Shown piece after piece: positions 11,157 through 24,042 of a stretch of DNA of 64,000 nucleotides (the stretch's first letter is position 1; each line of letters opens with the position of its first letter). The position numbers and the translations under genes are program-made. Location: positions 545,899-609,898 of the forward strand of contig QPGO01000035.1 in NCBI GenBank assembly GCA_008632985.1, read 5' to 3'. Under the pieces are notes generated by a model. It did no database searches and was not told where the DNA came from. It saw nothing but the letters and a program-made list of their open reading frames with translations. Source of the stretch: Psammoneis japonica. Its lineage: Eukaryota.

Positions 11157-13757
11157 GCTCTTGGCTCTTGTCGACTTGAGGACAGAGCGGGAGCCAAATG
11201 AAGTCGAAGAGAAGAAGGTGATGGGAGACGGGATGATCATAAGTAATCGGATCAGGATTTCATGCAATGAGCACAAAGGCTTTAACATGTGAGATGCCGT
11301 ACGGACTTCATGGCACTCGAATTGATTGAGTCGAGGGTCGAGGCACGATTCGAGTCAAGGGACGAATCGATGCACGAATCGGCCCAAACCCACAAATTTT
11401 CAATTTTTTAGGGTGTTGGGATTATCCTCTGAGCTTCTGCGCGAATCACTAAAACTCAAAGCACGAGCAGAACAAAGCACGAATCGAAATTACCACAAGC
11501 TTCAACTTTTGCAGGGTGAACAAGCCTCAATGAAAACATGATCCTTTGCTGCAACACCTTGTCAAAAACGGTACAGTTCCAAAATTCGGCGCTTCAGCAG
11601 GGGACTGCAAACTGCAACTTGGCTCAGAGAAACGTTGCTTGACACAATCACGGCATGACACAACACTGCAGAACACATTGTTGAGCTCTTCATTGTGCAA
11701 GTGCCAGCAATCTAAATTGAATGCGCAAACAAAGGTTTGCTCAAAACATTGCTGCAGTCACATTCTTTTTCAATTCTCCAAAGCACTTCCACTCATCAGC
11801 CTCAAGTCTCAAGCACATTTTCGGCAGCGTCTCTGTTGTTGCTGAAGTGTCACGTCCCCAACCAACCATGCAGCGGGACAGGATGCAGCAAACAGCATGA
11901 TGCTGCACAACAATTTGTCCTCATCCATGATGGTGAAATTAAAGACATCACTTCTCCCCACTGCACCATGTCAACCATCTCCACACTCATCATGATGATG
12001 ATGATGATGATGTGTCGCAGCCTCTGCTTGCACAGTTGTCATCTGTCACCATGCCATTTGGTGCTGTCAAATGGATGCACCTCCCACCCTTCTCCATCAT
12101 GTTGACCAAATTCATGCCACATGCATGGACATGCTCTTAAATCCTGAATGGGTCCACTTTTTTGCAGGGGCCACTTCGGTGGCTGCCAAGGATCAACTTG
12201 TGCTCTGTCTGTTCTGCCATGCTGTCTAAAATTTTGCCTTTTCCACAAAGAGTGCATCCTCAGATTACAGTCTGAGCCACATCAAGTCTCAATGGGCAAA
12301 GTTGGTGCATGGATCTCTTGGCTGGTCCATCTGTCTCTAAATCCCGATTGGGGCTGCTTGTTGCGGGGATCGTTTTTTGGCAGCTGAGGATCAACTCACA
12401 CTCTGGCCTGTTTTGCCACACCTCTCAAATCATGCCCATTTTTGCAAGGAAAAAATCCTCAGATTGAGCTCTAAAAGACACCATTGGCTGAGTCTCAATG
12501 GGCAAAACAAGCACGGATCTCTTGGCTGGTCCATTCATCTCTCCCACTGTGTTGCAATCATGAGGCTTGTGGTTGTTGCCACTTCCTCAGTGTGGCCAAC
12601 ATTTTTCCTCTGTTGTGTGCAGCACACAGCTCCATGTGCTTGCATGCACTCCATTGGAATTCCGCTCCATCTGTTCAATGCCAATCTTTGCGTGTTCTCA
12701 CACACCTGAAAGGTTCAGAGTGAGAAGTGAAACCCACACCCCCATGTTTTGAGTTTTCTTAAATTTCCTCACAAATTTTGTCATCGCAATGGCAAATGGT
12801 GATGGAAACAGACCTGTTGCATGGGACAAAATTTTCAATTTTGTTCTTGTCTTCACTCAAATGCAAGAAGCACAGGAGTCAGAGAAAGGTTGTCTCCTCT
12901 TCTTCCAAGTCAGTCAAGTGCAAATGACTGAGCAAGGCCAGAAGATGCCCAATTGATTGCTGTTTTGCTGAAATGGTTTGTGGGTTCAACAACTCTGACA
13001 ACAGTCCACTCCTGAAGCATCATCTCCAACATGGCAGAGGTCAGCCCTGTCAACATTTGCATCACTGTTGCTTTGCCAGATGGGGTCAGAGGACTGTCAT
13101 CTTGAACATTGACAATCACGCCAATTTAGTGGTGGAGAGCAAGCTCAATGATTCAGGAGAACTCCATTTCTCCACACACACTTTTCAAGCTTCCTCCCAT
13201 GCCATTTTGCTCTTTCAGCAGCCTCCTGTTGTGCCACATTGCCTTGTCCTGCATGTTGAATGCTGCCTAGCCCCACAGCAGATCAACATGATCCACACAG
13301 CATCCATTTCTCCTTGATCCACTCAACACTTCTGTTTTGTGCTCACACACAAAGATGAATTGCCATTGTGTCCAGGTCAAAGGATGTGGTCATGTTTGCA
13401 ATTTCTCCTGCAAATCACAGCGGGACTTGGGAACAACCAAAGTTGCCAATTTGAAAGTGCTTGTGGTCCTCCTTGTCTCTCCCAGCAAAGTTGTCATGAG
13501 GCTTGCACTTGGGATTGCCCCTTGTCTGATGATGATGATCCCCTGTGTCCAAGGAGGAACTGGTCTGAACCAGGCTCCGTTGTTGTCCTGTAAATGACGC
13601 GTCCAATGTCACAGCTCCAGTCATCTGTTTTTCCATCATTCCTGGCCCCACCATCCAGAGGGAGCACAGCACTGATGCTGCTCTTTGGTTCATTGTTTTG
13701 CTGGCCATTTGTGCCCGCATGTGCTCATGGATCTTCTTTGGCAACAGTGCTTGTCAG

Positions 13758-13793
<36 letters not shown>

Positions 13794-14163
13794 CAATGTG
13801 GCTGCTCAGACATGGCAATCTGACACCCTCATGGCTTGTCTCCACAAGTGCTTGGGTCTTTCCCAGGCATGCTGTTGAGGCCTTGATGAAATGGCACCAA
13901 TGCCGTTCTTTGGCTCATTGTGTTGCTCTCTGTTTTTGAATTTCAATTTTGTGATCAACAACAATGTGCAGAACATCATGTGCAAAGGGCACTGTTGTTC
14001 CCTTCCTTGCCACTTCAGCATGCAGCATCGCACCTCACACCAATGCACCTGCGTGTGTGCGTGGCCAGAGACAATGCATTCTTTTGTTGGCTCTGCCCCC
14101 AACAACATTGGCACATTCACAATGCTTGCAGCACTTCACGTTTGCAGCATTTGGTCTGTGCTC

Positions 14164-14952
14164 AGTGAAAAGGGAACCAATTGCTTGGCCCTGGCGATTC
14201 CAAGCCCAGCCCCACATCCCAATTCCTTCACCCACCAGTGACCATTTTCATCACAGCAACATCATGAGCACACACACGGCTGTGTGCATGTGGCATGTGT
14301 GCCAGACTGTCTCCATGTGTTGCATCAACAGACTGGAGTTGCTTCCACTTTGCCATGATGTTGTCAGAGTGCTGATGACAAATGCAGTGGCAGGGAATCC
14401 ATGCAATTCTCGCAGCCTGGGCTCCAAGCCAGCAGCAAGGTGAGGACCTCCTTGGCTGGGCCAAGAGTCACTGCATGAAGGTGGGAGCTCATGGGTGAGG
14501 GATGGGTTGATGGACAGACAAAGGATGAAACACGATGTGTGAGATGAGAAAAGCAAGCAAAATGAGAAATGAGGCTGGCCCAAGGGACTCCTCATTGTCT
14601 GGCAGGTTGGGAGACACCATGGAGCTGTCGAGAGGCATCTCCAAGGTGATGCCAACAACAAAATTTGACAACCCTTCACTCCCAATCCCATCTGCAGCCA
14701 CACAGTGAAAAGGGAGCCAACTGCTTCTTGGCACTGGCAACTCCAAGCCCAGTCTAATGTCCCACCTGCTTTGCCCACTGGCACCTGTTTTCATCATGGC
14801 AACATCATGAGTGTGTGCACGGCTGAGTGCATTGTGTGTGAGCCAGGCTGTCTCCATGTGTTGCATTGACACAGACTGGAGTCACTTCCACTGTGCCATG
14901 TCATCAGAGGAGCGCTGATGGCCAAGGCGGTGGCAGGGAATCCAAAGAATTC
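14164..14952. repeat. Diverged direct duplication (~250-bp units at ~14164-14410 and ~14703-14952)
   Basis: Shared blocks cagtgaaaaggga, tccaagcccag, caacatcatgag, ctgtctccatgtgttgcat and gtggcagggaatcca. Confidence 0.85.
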
Positions 14953-15060
14953 TGATGAGGTGTGAACGAGCCGCCACACACTTGGTTTTTGTGCTGTGAG
15001 AGAGCCCCCTTTGCTGCACAACTTGTCTGTGCAGTTGCCAAGGTCAAGCTTTGGGAGCAC

Positions 15061-15324
15061 ACAGCAGTGCAACCCATGACTGCTTTTGCCTTGCTGAGAC
15101 AAACACGGTGTCCATGAATTGGATTTGGATGCAACCGAAATTGCGGGGGCCGCTGGTGCGGGCAAGACACAGTTGTGTCTCGAACTGTGTTGTGCCAGTG
15201 CGTGTGAGACATTTGAGTCTTCTAGCAACCAACAGCAGAATCTAAATCAGGAAAGTATGGCAGTAAATGACAAGGAGAATGCATGTCCAAGGTGCTACAG
15301 AGCTCTGTGCGCATCCATGGGTGA
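15061..15324 (+). pseudogene. Captured 5' fragment of the XRCC3-like gene (copy of ~8142-8449 with an internal deletion)
   Basis: High nucleotide identity to the gene; encodes TEIAGAAGAGKTQLCLELCC...NACPRCYRALCASMG where the gene has NTYPRYYRALYVSMG. Confidence 0.92.
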
Positions 15325-15541
15325 TGCTCTCTACTAGAGCCACCCCCGCCGATGGCGAGTCTGCGTGTCCCGATTTGTTCAAAGGCCCAATCGGACGGTG
15401 TTTGCTGGCCTCGCTCCCATGTTCTCAGTTCACAGTCGATACGATCACTGGTTTATCGTTTTTAACCGTATATCCTAGTATATCATATGAATTCATGTAC
15501 ACTAATGGGTTGAAGCACCATGCTTTCATCTTCTCTCAGTT

Positions 15542-18048
15542 TCAACGGGTTGACGGGGGCTTTTCTAGCATTGCCTTGATTTGCTCGAGCTCTCTTTCAA
15601 GTTTGTCCAAGCGCTCGTCTGACTCTGTGTTTGCAGCCTTAAAAGTCTTCTCTGAGAGTAAAACTGATTCTGGTGGGTCTGTGATACCACCAAAGAATTC
15701 TCTGACTTGTCGAGGCCAAAACGCACCCAAAGTGAACCACCCCAAAACAAAGAACAAGACGTAAAGAAAGGCAAAGGAAACTGAGTCCCAAAGCACAAAC
15801 AAGTGCTGTACGATTGTGTCGACCACAGTATCCTCTGTCTCTTCTCCAGTCCCTCCAGTCTCTTCCATAGTCTCCCCAGTCTTTTTTTCTTCCTTTTTCT
15901 TGGAAGCCCAATACCAGTCACGCTCTAGACTCCTTATTCCCTTTAGATGACCACCCAACTCCAAGTCGTGTTCTTCAAGAAGTTTATCTGGCTTGTAATA
16001 CTGCTTACGGGTTTTGACCAACGAATAGGGCCACCACTCCCAAGGAATGTCATCTAAAACTTTTGTGTCCCCAAGCTGGTCAACATACGCAAAAAATGGT
16101 TTGACATGGCGATCAGAAAGACTTCCTCCTATACTGCCAAGAAACTCTAGCCGGTACCCAAGGTATGTGATATAGTCATGCTCTGTGGCCTCTTCCCACG
16201 CCGTACTGACGATGCCAATCACAACGTTCAAGAAAATGATCACAACAACTACACCAAACAGAAAATCCAGGTATCCGGATGTGCTTTCTGGGCCATTGAT
16301 GAAGAATGCAAATACTGTCCAAAAGGAGGTTGCCAAGGAGCAAAAATTTTCACGGTCTTCCGGAGATGAGCACGCCGGATCATCAAAGTAGAATACGTAG
16401 TAGACGTAACCAAATACTTGCAGTACCAGAACCGACACGACAAAGAATGGGATCAATGTCTGAAAGATCTGCGATAACGACAAACAAGAGAGAGAGAGAG
16501 AGAGAGAGAGTGATTAGGTGCGTCTCCCTTCTCCCCAAAAAAATTTCAACAGACTCTCGCAGAAACACAAAGTAAAGTAGCAGAGTGCCTCACATTGATA
16601 ATTCCGCCTACAAAATTTGAGAAGGGAAGGAACGTGTTCCGTAGAAATGTAATCATCCCCACAAACACCAATGCACCGGATATGCTGAGAAGGTAGCGAA
16701 GGTTTTGAGGGATGTCATGACCGTCACCGTAGGCAGTCTTCATTTGCAATGTAGACAAAACCACCAGAATGATGCGTCCACAATCAAAATAGTTCCAAGG
16801 ATCTAAAAAATACTTCCATTTTTCAAACTTGAGCTGCAACAGTTCCCTGATTGCAAAGTAACAAAGGATTCCATAAATCGCGTTGAAAGTCCCCACGCTT
16901 GGTCTGTATCCCCGTAGAAAGGCATTCGTAGCATGTGCAACTGTGCCGATCAATCCGCAATTCAAGTAGAAATCGGCTAACAAGACAGCCACCACAGGTC
17001 GTGAAGTAATGCTGTCATTAACCAATTTGCGAAGTTTCGGCGAAGCCGAAATACACGCCGCAAAGTTAGGATGGAACCGTTCGTCATTGAGCCAAAAATC
17101 AAACATGCTCGGGATACCATTATCAGTCCCCAACATTTCGTTCTTCTTGTCTTCTTCGAGTAGCAACAAGATCACCTCTGGTGGCGTATTCCCCTCGCAA
17201 GCAATCTGGATTGCCGATCGCCCATTCTTGGACTTTGTATAAAGAGTTGACCTATTCTTGTCGTCATACTTGAGTAGCAACTTGAATACTTTGGCCGAAG
17301 CGTTCTGACGGCTTGCGTAGTGGATGGGAAGCCTTCCGGATTTGTCCTTGGTATTTATCGACTTGCTAACTTTGCCCTCGCTATCTTTGCCCTTGCTGTC
17401 CTTGTCCTTGATATCCTTGTCCTTGATATCAGTCGATGTGTTCGCATCATCAGCTTCAACAAGTAGCTCAATGACTTCTGCCGGTGCGTTCACTTCACAC
17501 GCGATGTGGAGAGGAAGTCGCTCATTTCTTGTTGTCTGTGTTCGAAGTGAATCCCCATTCGGGTCAGCATTGAGCAATAGCCTTAGCACTTGAATCGGTG
17601 CATTCTTTCTGCAAGCATAGTGGATCGGAAGTCTCCCATGTTTTGACTTAGTCAAAACAGCCGGAAGTCTCCCATCCTCTGCCTTGGTCAAAACAGTCTT
17701 GTTGTTCTTATCAGCATCAAGCAAAAGCTCGATGACATCTGGTGGTGCCTCCCTGAAGCACGCTTCGTGTAGAAGAGTCATTTGATGCTTTTCGTCTTTC
17801 ACATGTGTCACTTGTTTTAGTTCCTTGAACTTCATGATATCGTCAACGTCTTTCTTGTCCATTTTTCCTTTTTGAGTTTGTAGAGCTTTCATCAACTTCA
17901 CCCACTTTGACTGGAGCTCTGGGACCAAACCGCTGTGTTGTTCAATGCTTAGAGGTTTCTCCGGATCCCGGGGATCCTCCCCGGATCTGTGGCTCGCATG
18001 GTGCGATGTTAACAGGTGTTGCCGCTCATCCGAACTGGCGTTTCCCAT
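15542..18048 (-). CDS. Ankyrin-repeat TRP-like ion channel, 2 exons (16594-18048, 15542-16468; ~793 aa)
   Basis: Several ankyrin repeats (TLLHEAC, RLPIHYAC, RLPLHIAC), YFLDPWNYFD, multiple TM helices, pore-helix-like SFWTVFAFF and IFLNVVIGIVS. A phase-0 GT..AG intron at 16469-16593 joins the two ORFs in frame. Confidence 0.85.
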
Positions 18049-18199
18049 GGTAGAAGCATGAAGCTGTTGTATCGTACGATATCAAGGATTGAAGAACTGC
18101 ACGCGATCTTTTATGTTCTTTTGAAGTGATCTTCAATCGTCAGACACATCTTAAAAGACTCCTGGTACAAAAAATGCGTAGAATTTGTGTAAGAAAGAT

Positions 18200-21100
18200 T
18201 TTGGATCTTGCACATGCATCATCGCTCGAGCGGTTGTCAACCCTCTCTGGAAGATGCTGCATGCAGTTTTGCTGCCCAACCCCGGTGGTGCCACGTGTGT
18301 GATGACAAAGCCCCCATTTTGTAGAAGTAAGTGCCAAAATGCGTTTCCAACCGACTGACATCGCACATCAATGCAAAGTTCCAGCAACTTTTGGGGTTGC
18401 AAGTGCTGGAGGGTCACGGCCCCAGTCACGCCGAGCCATCACAAAATTTCATCAAGAGCCGCGCTTTCCCACATGTGACAAAAGGGCTCTGCACAATGCT
18501 GGCTCCATCATCGAATGCCCTGTGCCATGAGCAATGCTTGCCTGTTGTGCACTCTTGAAAGATGCTATTTTAAAGAGCATGGGACTGACACTGCCAGTGT
18601 CTTGGGCACTTCTTCTGTCTCCAGTGGGGGGATGGAGAGTGTCAAGAAAGTCTGGCCAGCACTTCCAAAGTGTTTCAGCCAGCTTGGCAGCCATGCGGTG
18701 CTTGGGGCAAGATGGGGGGCTGGCCCTTTCTCAACACCAAGGCAAATGACAGCAACACTCTCCATTTTGCACAATTCATTGTTGACCTCACATGGCTGTC
18801 GCTTGTCTCCCATTTCCTGCTAAAAATGTCGTGCTGCACAGCCACCCATGAAAACCAAGCACAAACCTCAAGTTGACTGGGGTGGGGCCATCTGGGTGTG
18901 TGCACATTTGTGTCTGATGCAATTGTGCAGCCAGCCACACCCTCTCCAGGAAAAGCTTTTGGCAGCATGGTGTGATGCGCAGATGCCAAAAAGGTGGTCG
19001 TGTGAGAGCTGTGTGACACCTTGTTCCAAAGCAACAGCCAGAAATGCTTTCATTTCTTGCTTTTTGACATCACAATGACTCAAGAGGTTAGATCCATTCT
19101 TTCAGTGCTGGATCATGCATGCCCGTTGCTTGCACGTCAACAAAAAGAAGTGACAAGAGGTGGCAACCACATTGTCCAGTGCCTTTGCTGTGATCAACCT
19201 CCTTCCATCACATGCCAATTGGATGCTTTGCTGGATGGCTGTGCCACATTGTCTTCACAACCAAGCTCACAGACAGTGAGGACAAAATGTTTGAAGCTTC
19301 AATGATGAACATCACCACATTTGTCAAAAGCTCAGAGAGAAAAGAGGACATTCACGGCATTCTTGGGCCTTGCTTGTGGATGTTCATCACACCAGCAAAC
19401 CAGGGCTCAGTGACACCCATGTGAGTGTCACAAAATGTCTCATCAGCATCATCTTTGTCATGCACCTCTCCAACCAACTTGACAATGGTGCTTGCAGATG
19501 GTGCTTGCAGACCACACAAATGGTCTGGTGCAACAGGCAGAGAGAGCACACAATGTTGCACAATTTGTCTTCATCAACAACACACTCTGTCTCTTGCACT
19601 TGCTGTCTTTGGGCTTGTTGCTTGATTCTTGATGAGCTGACAAAGTTGAAAATGTGATTTGGCAGTGCTTTCATCCATCATGATCAGATGAGTCCTGGCA
19701 AGCCAGCTGTCACCTTTGGATCTTTGTCATTGTCAAAACTGACTCTCATGGCAACATCGGAATGTTAAAAAACTTGATCCACCTGTTTCTCATGTCCATG
19801 CTCAGGTGCCAGGAGAATTGGATCTTATTTTCCTGTTCCACAGCTGTGCAAGCTGAATGATGTCATCCACTCAAGTGCCAGTCATTTGAACACAAAACAA
19901 GGGGGCTTTGTTTTGTCAGATGGGGAGGCCACTTTTCTTGTTCTCTTGCCTTCTTGGGAACTGGTTTCTCATTGGGAGTCTTAGAAGCTCACTTGTTCTT
20001 GCTTGCTTTGTTGACAGCTGCAATGCTGGCAAAGAGAATGCCAAGTGCCCAGTTTTGTGCAATGGCACAGAAGCTGTTCTCTTGCAAGCTGCTCCAACAG
20101 AGGGGGAGGACAATCAAGAACCTGGTTGTCAACAACTTTTGTTGCAGAGACAGCTGGGCCAGTGTGATTCTGTCTGTGGTCACAACAAGAGAGAGGTCGT
20201 GTCTTGAGAAGAAGCTTGATGGCAGGAAAATGAAGAGCATGTTGGTTGCTGGCATTGAGCAAGCTCTTTGGCTGCTCTCTGCCATGCACACAAGGGGGCT
20301 CCAAGAGGTTCTCAAGCAAATGGTTGTGCAAGACATTGCAGTTAAAGATTTTCACAATTGGACAATGATTTTTGACAACACAGCAACAATCTGGGCTTGC
20401 ATCATGGTGGCTGATTGCCCTTGTCAGGTGTGGAAGCAAAAAGGGTGAGTTGTTCATGCATGATGGCCCCTGGTTTGAAAGAGAGCCTGCAAACAAAATG
20501 CACAAAATTCAAAATCGATCATCTCCTGGGCGGAAAAGAAGTGTCACACATCATGCCCACAGATGTGGGTGAATGACAATTGAAAAACAAAAGCAACTGG
20601 CACTCAAATGCTTGGGGCATCAATGACCTCAAAACAGAAAAATGACCAATTGATTGGCCAGGCATCAATCATTTTCCAACCAAAAATGACTGGAGGAGCA
20701 ATTCAAAGTTTTGAGCATTTTGTGTTGTTGCACCAAGCAATTTGCACTCAGCCCCATGGCCTTTGAAAGTCATGGCAAAACTCTGCAAGCACTGGAATGG
20801 TGTTGTGCATCACAACACAGCAAAGCACAGAAAAAGGAAAAGGACAGACCAGCCCAAGGAGGATGGTGTTTGCATTTTTCTTGTGTGCTGCACCACAGTG
20901 TTGTGAAGTCAACCGGGGTGGGTCCAGTTGGCTGCAGCCACACATGTTTGGATTGGCTGCACACACATTTGGATTTGATGCATTTGTGTGACTGGCTGTG
21001 TCCTCTGCGGGAAAAGCCGTGCTCTGCAGCAGAGGCCAAAAAAGGTGAGAGGCACCTGACACATCACCCCAACAAAGTGAAAGCCAGCAGAGCTTTCACT

Positions 21101-23170
21101 TGGTTTTTGACACCGCGGTGACTCACTGGAGATTTGATCCATTTTGCCAACACTGGCTGTTTGCTCATTGCTCACATGCCAACAACAAAGAACAACAAGA
21201 GGTGGTGACCACACTGTTCAGGGCTTTTGTTGTCAACTCCTTCTGCCCCCTGCAGCCAAAGCAGGGCATCATGTCAACTGCAAGCACAGAGGTTTGACAG
21301 GTCAGCCCATCTTAACTGAGCAGGCTGGGAATGCTCAATGGAGCATTGTTTTGATGAAATTAAGAAAGAAACTCAAACCCAATTTAAGTGCTGTTGCACC
21401 TTTGCCCAGCAACACCGGCGCAGGCTAACCCACACTTCCAGTGCACCCCACTGGGGATGTGGCAGAAGTGAATGTGATTGGTTGCTTGGTGCACCACTTT
21501 GCAGTGGCACACACCAGCAACAACTGGTTGAGATGAAATTGCACAGAAATGAGATTGTTGCTTTCTTGTGGAGAGGATGCAGAGAGCACCCAAACTGCCA
21601 CAGCAAAGGACAATCACGTGTTGTCTTCAACAAAGACTGGCTGGGTTTCATGTTTGCATGCACCAGAACAAAAATGAACCATCCACTGCTCAGAGCAGCA
21701 AGGTTGGTGGGCTGGCAGGGAGAAGAGGGGGTGTTCAGGACTTGCAGGTGCAAAACAAGGTGCCTTGATTGTGTGACAAGAAGGGTGTTGGAAGAAACAT
21801 TGTTCTCACACAGAGAATTGATGCCAAATCTTGTGCAGAAATGCCAATCCATGCAGCAAATGGACGGTTGTCAAGTGGTGCTGATGGTTTGTCCAAACAA
21901 ACACACGCAAGTGCATCAGCAGGGACAGAACTTTCACCACATGAGGTGAAGGACTTGCGGAGCAAGCAGGAGAAAAAGAAGTTGTTGTGGGCTGATGGGT
22001 GTGGATGGAAGATGATTGCATCAAAGAAGTTGTGATCATCTGTGAGCACCTCTGAGGCACACAAACTTTGCACTGGATCCTGTGTAGAAAATGCGCCAAA
22101 TCTGCAAAAAATTGCTGAGTGAGGCAACAAGCAGCATGCGAGCGCCACAAGGCATCAACACCAGTCATTTTCCACTGAAAATCATTGCACACATCATGCT
22201 GAAGTGAGGGTGTGCCAATGACAGACATGGCCAAAATGGTGTCAGGGGACCCGGCAAAATGCCACCTGAAAAGGGAGACATTGTCAGTGCGAGAGCATGT
22301 GCAGAAACACACACAGGGGCTGCCAGTGGGGGTGGCGCTGACACGTTGGGAAGTGATGAAATCAAGAAACATCAGCATTGCTGCTCTGCACTGTGCTGCA
22401 TTGACTCCATGCATGGTCAGTGTCCAGTGGTGTGTGTGCACAGCAGAAACACCACAGCACTTGCTGGGTTTGTGTTGAGCTTCATTTTGCCCACAGCAGC
22501 TTTTTCTTTCTTGTTGGCGTTGTTTCGCCCCATCCCCTTGTCTTGAAATGGCAATGTGTCTCTTGCAAGAGAACTCACCCTGCATTGCCAGCATTGGATG
22601 TTGGAGTGTGTGGCTCATCCAAATCATGGTCATGTCAGAAAACTCTTGGATGACAAGTTGAGTGCAACAACCAAGATTCAGCAACCATTCGCTCAACTTT
22701 GTTCCCACATGAAATCGCTGCACGAATGACTCACATCTTTCACATGTTCTTTGGCAGGTTGTTGATGAGCAGATCTCATCCATTCTTTTCTCTTTGTTTC
22801 ATGCACACACTGCCTCTCTTGCAACAGCAGCTTTCAACGCTTGCTCTGCGTGGGCACAACAGACACGCACTTTGTTTGTTTGATTCACCGACAGCTCAGC
22901 TGGGTTGTGCAGAGCTTTTGCACAAGTTGTGCCGGCATGGTTTGATCTTGACGAGACATCATGATCCCTCAAGTTGTCACTGCAAGACAAGCAGCACTCT
23001 TCACTCGGCTCGTGCGTCAAACTTCCCTCCGGCATTTCAAGACAGATTGATGTCTTTTCAACTGAAGCCGGATGAGGCTGGAGGTGGCACGGACGGACGG
23101 CCACTGCGTAACCGACCGGACCGACCGATCGACCAGCCTCGCCTGCCTGCCCGCCCGCACGCCAGGGACC
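18200..23170. other. TpA/CpG-depleted relic of unidentified TE or genes
   Basis: Near absence of TA, fragmented Tyr-free ORFs and an internal paralogous segment (~19085-19200 vs ~21128-21240). The family could not be identified. Confidence 0.6.
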
Positions 23171-24042
23171 GTTTATTTATGTCCCTGCCGCACGCGAGCT
23201 TTACTTTGTTTGCCTGGCTACAGAAAGAATACACAGTAAACAGGCGTCAGACGCCAGTTTCCTAGCGTTTTACCGGCAAAACAATTATGTAGAAATTGTG
23301 TACAATTTTTTAAAAAAGAGATGAGGTTGGATCGAAAAATGCGACAGAGACGCACAAAAACGCGACACAACACGACAAGCGACAATGGCGACCATGTGGG
23401 GATAAAAACAATATCCACACTAATTTCAGGCATACTGCAGTAACAATATAAACATGATAATTGTAGCTGATACAATAATTGGCTCGCTGGTGTCTATCTA
23501 ATAGCTCTAATCGATCATTCGAGATGATGCCATTGTCATCAATATCCCGTATTGTTGCTACGCGTAATTCACGTAGAAAATTGCAAAAAAAGCCATTGAC
23601 AACGATGCTCTGAAATCAACCACAAACTGCATCCAGAGTCAATATGGGCGCACATCTATACTTATTACTCGCCATAAGACATATCCAATGCGTTTCGTCT
23701 GACAAAAATTAGTCAACAGCGTCACCGGCGGCACGCCATTGTCAGCATCGAATGCCGTACAAAAAGCACGGGGACGACGGAAATCGGCTTCGTCTGTCGC
23801 ATTTGTCTGTCTATCGCCCGTTTGTCTCGTAGAATCTACGAGAAAGTTCCCATACATTTTACGGTCTGTCCATGCTTCATCTGACGCCTGTATATTCCTG
23901 ACAACCGTTTATTCTGCGCGTATTTTTTGAATTCACCAGCCGGCCCGACAGCTGGAATTTTGTGTAGTAGAAGTACTTTTCAACATTGCATCAACCATCA
24001 ACACAGCTTTCGTTCAAATCTCTGCGCTTACCACTCGTCATT

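Larger units (their letters stand above)
11500..15325. other. TpA- and CpG-depleted degenerate repeat/TE block of unidentified origin
   Basis: Near absence of TA, excess TG/CA and Tyr-free overlapping ORFs. Internal duplications at ~12225-12337 vs ~12424-12541 and ~14164-14410 vs ~14703-14952. Confidence 0.7.

Noticed and set aside
13758..16510. (GTT)n at ~13758-13792 and (GA)n at ~16487-16509
   Set aside because: Ordinary microsatellites; the second lies in an intron.
21806..22783. 325-aa ORF and the many other Cys/His-rich ORFs in converted blocks as real genes
   Set aside because: No Tyr, no recognisable domain and overlap in several frames; explained by loss of TAA/TAG stops.
23243..23265. 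Helitron-like 3' end (GGCGTC-A-GACGCC hairpin followed by CTAG)
   Set aside because: The hairpin is short, the next base is C rather than T, and no matching 5' end or Rep/helicase remnant was recognised.
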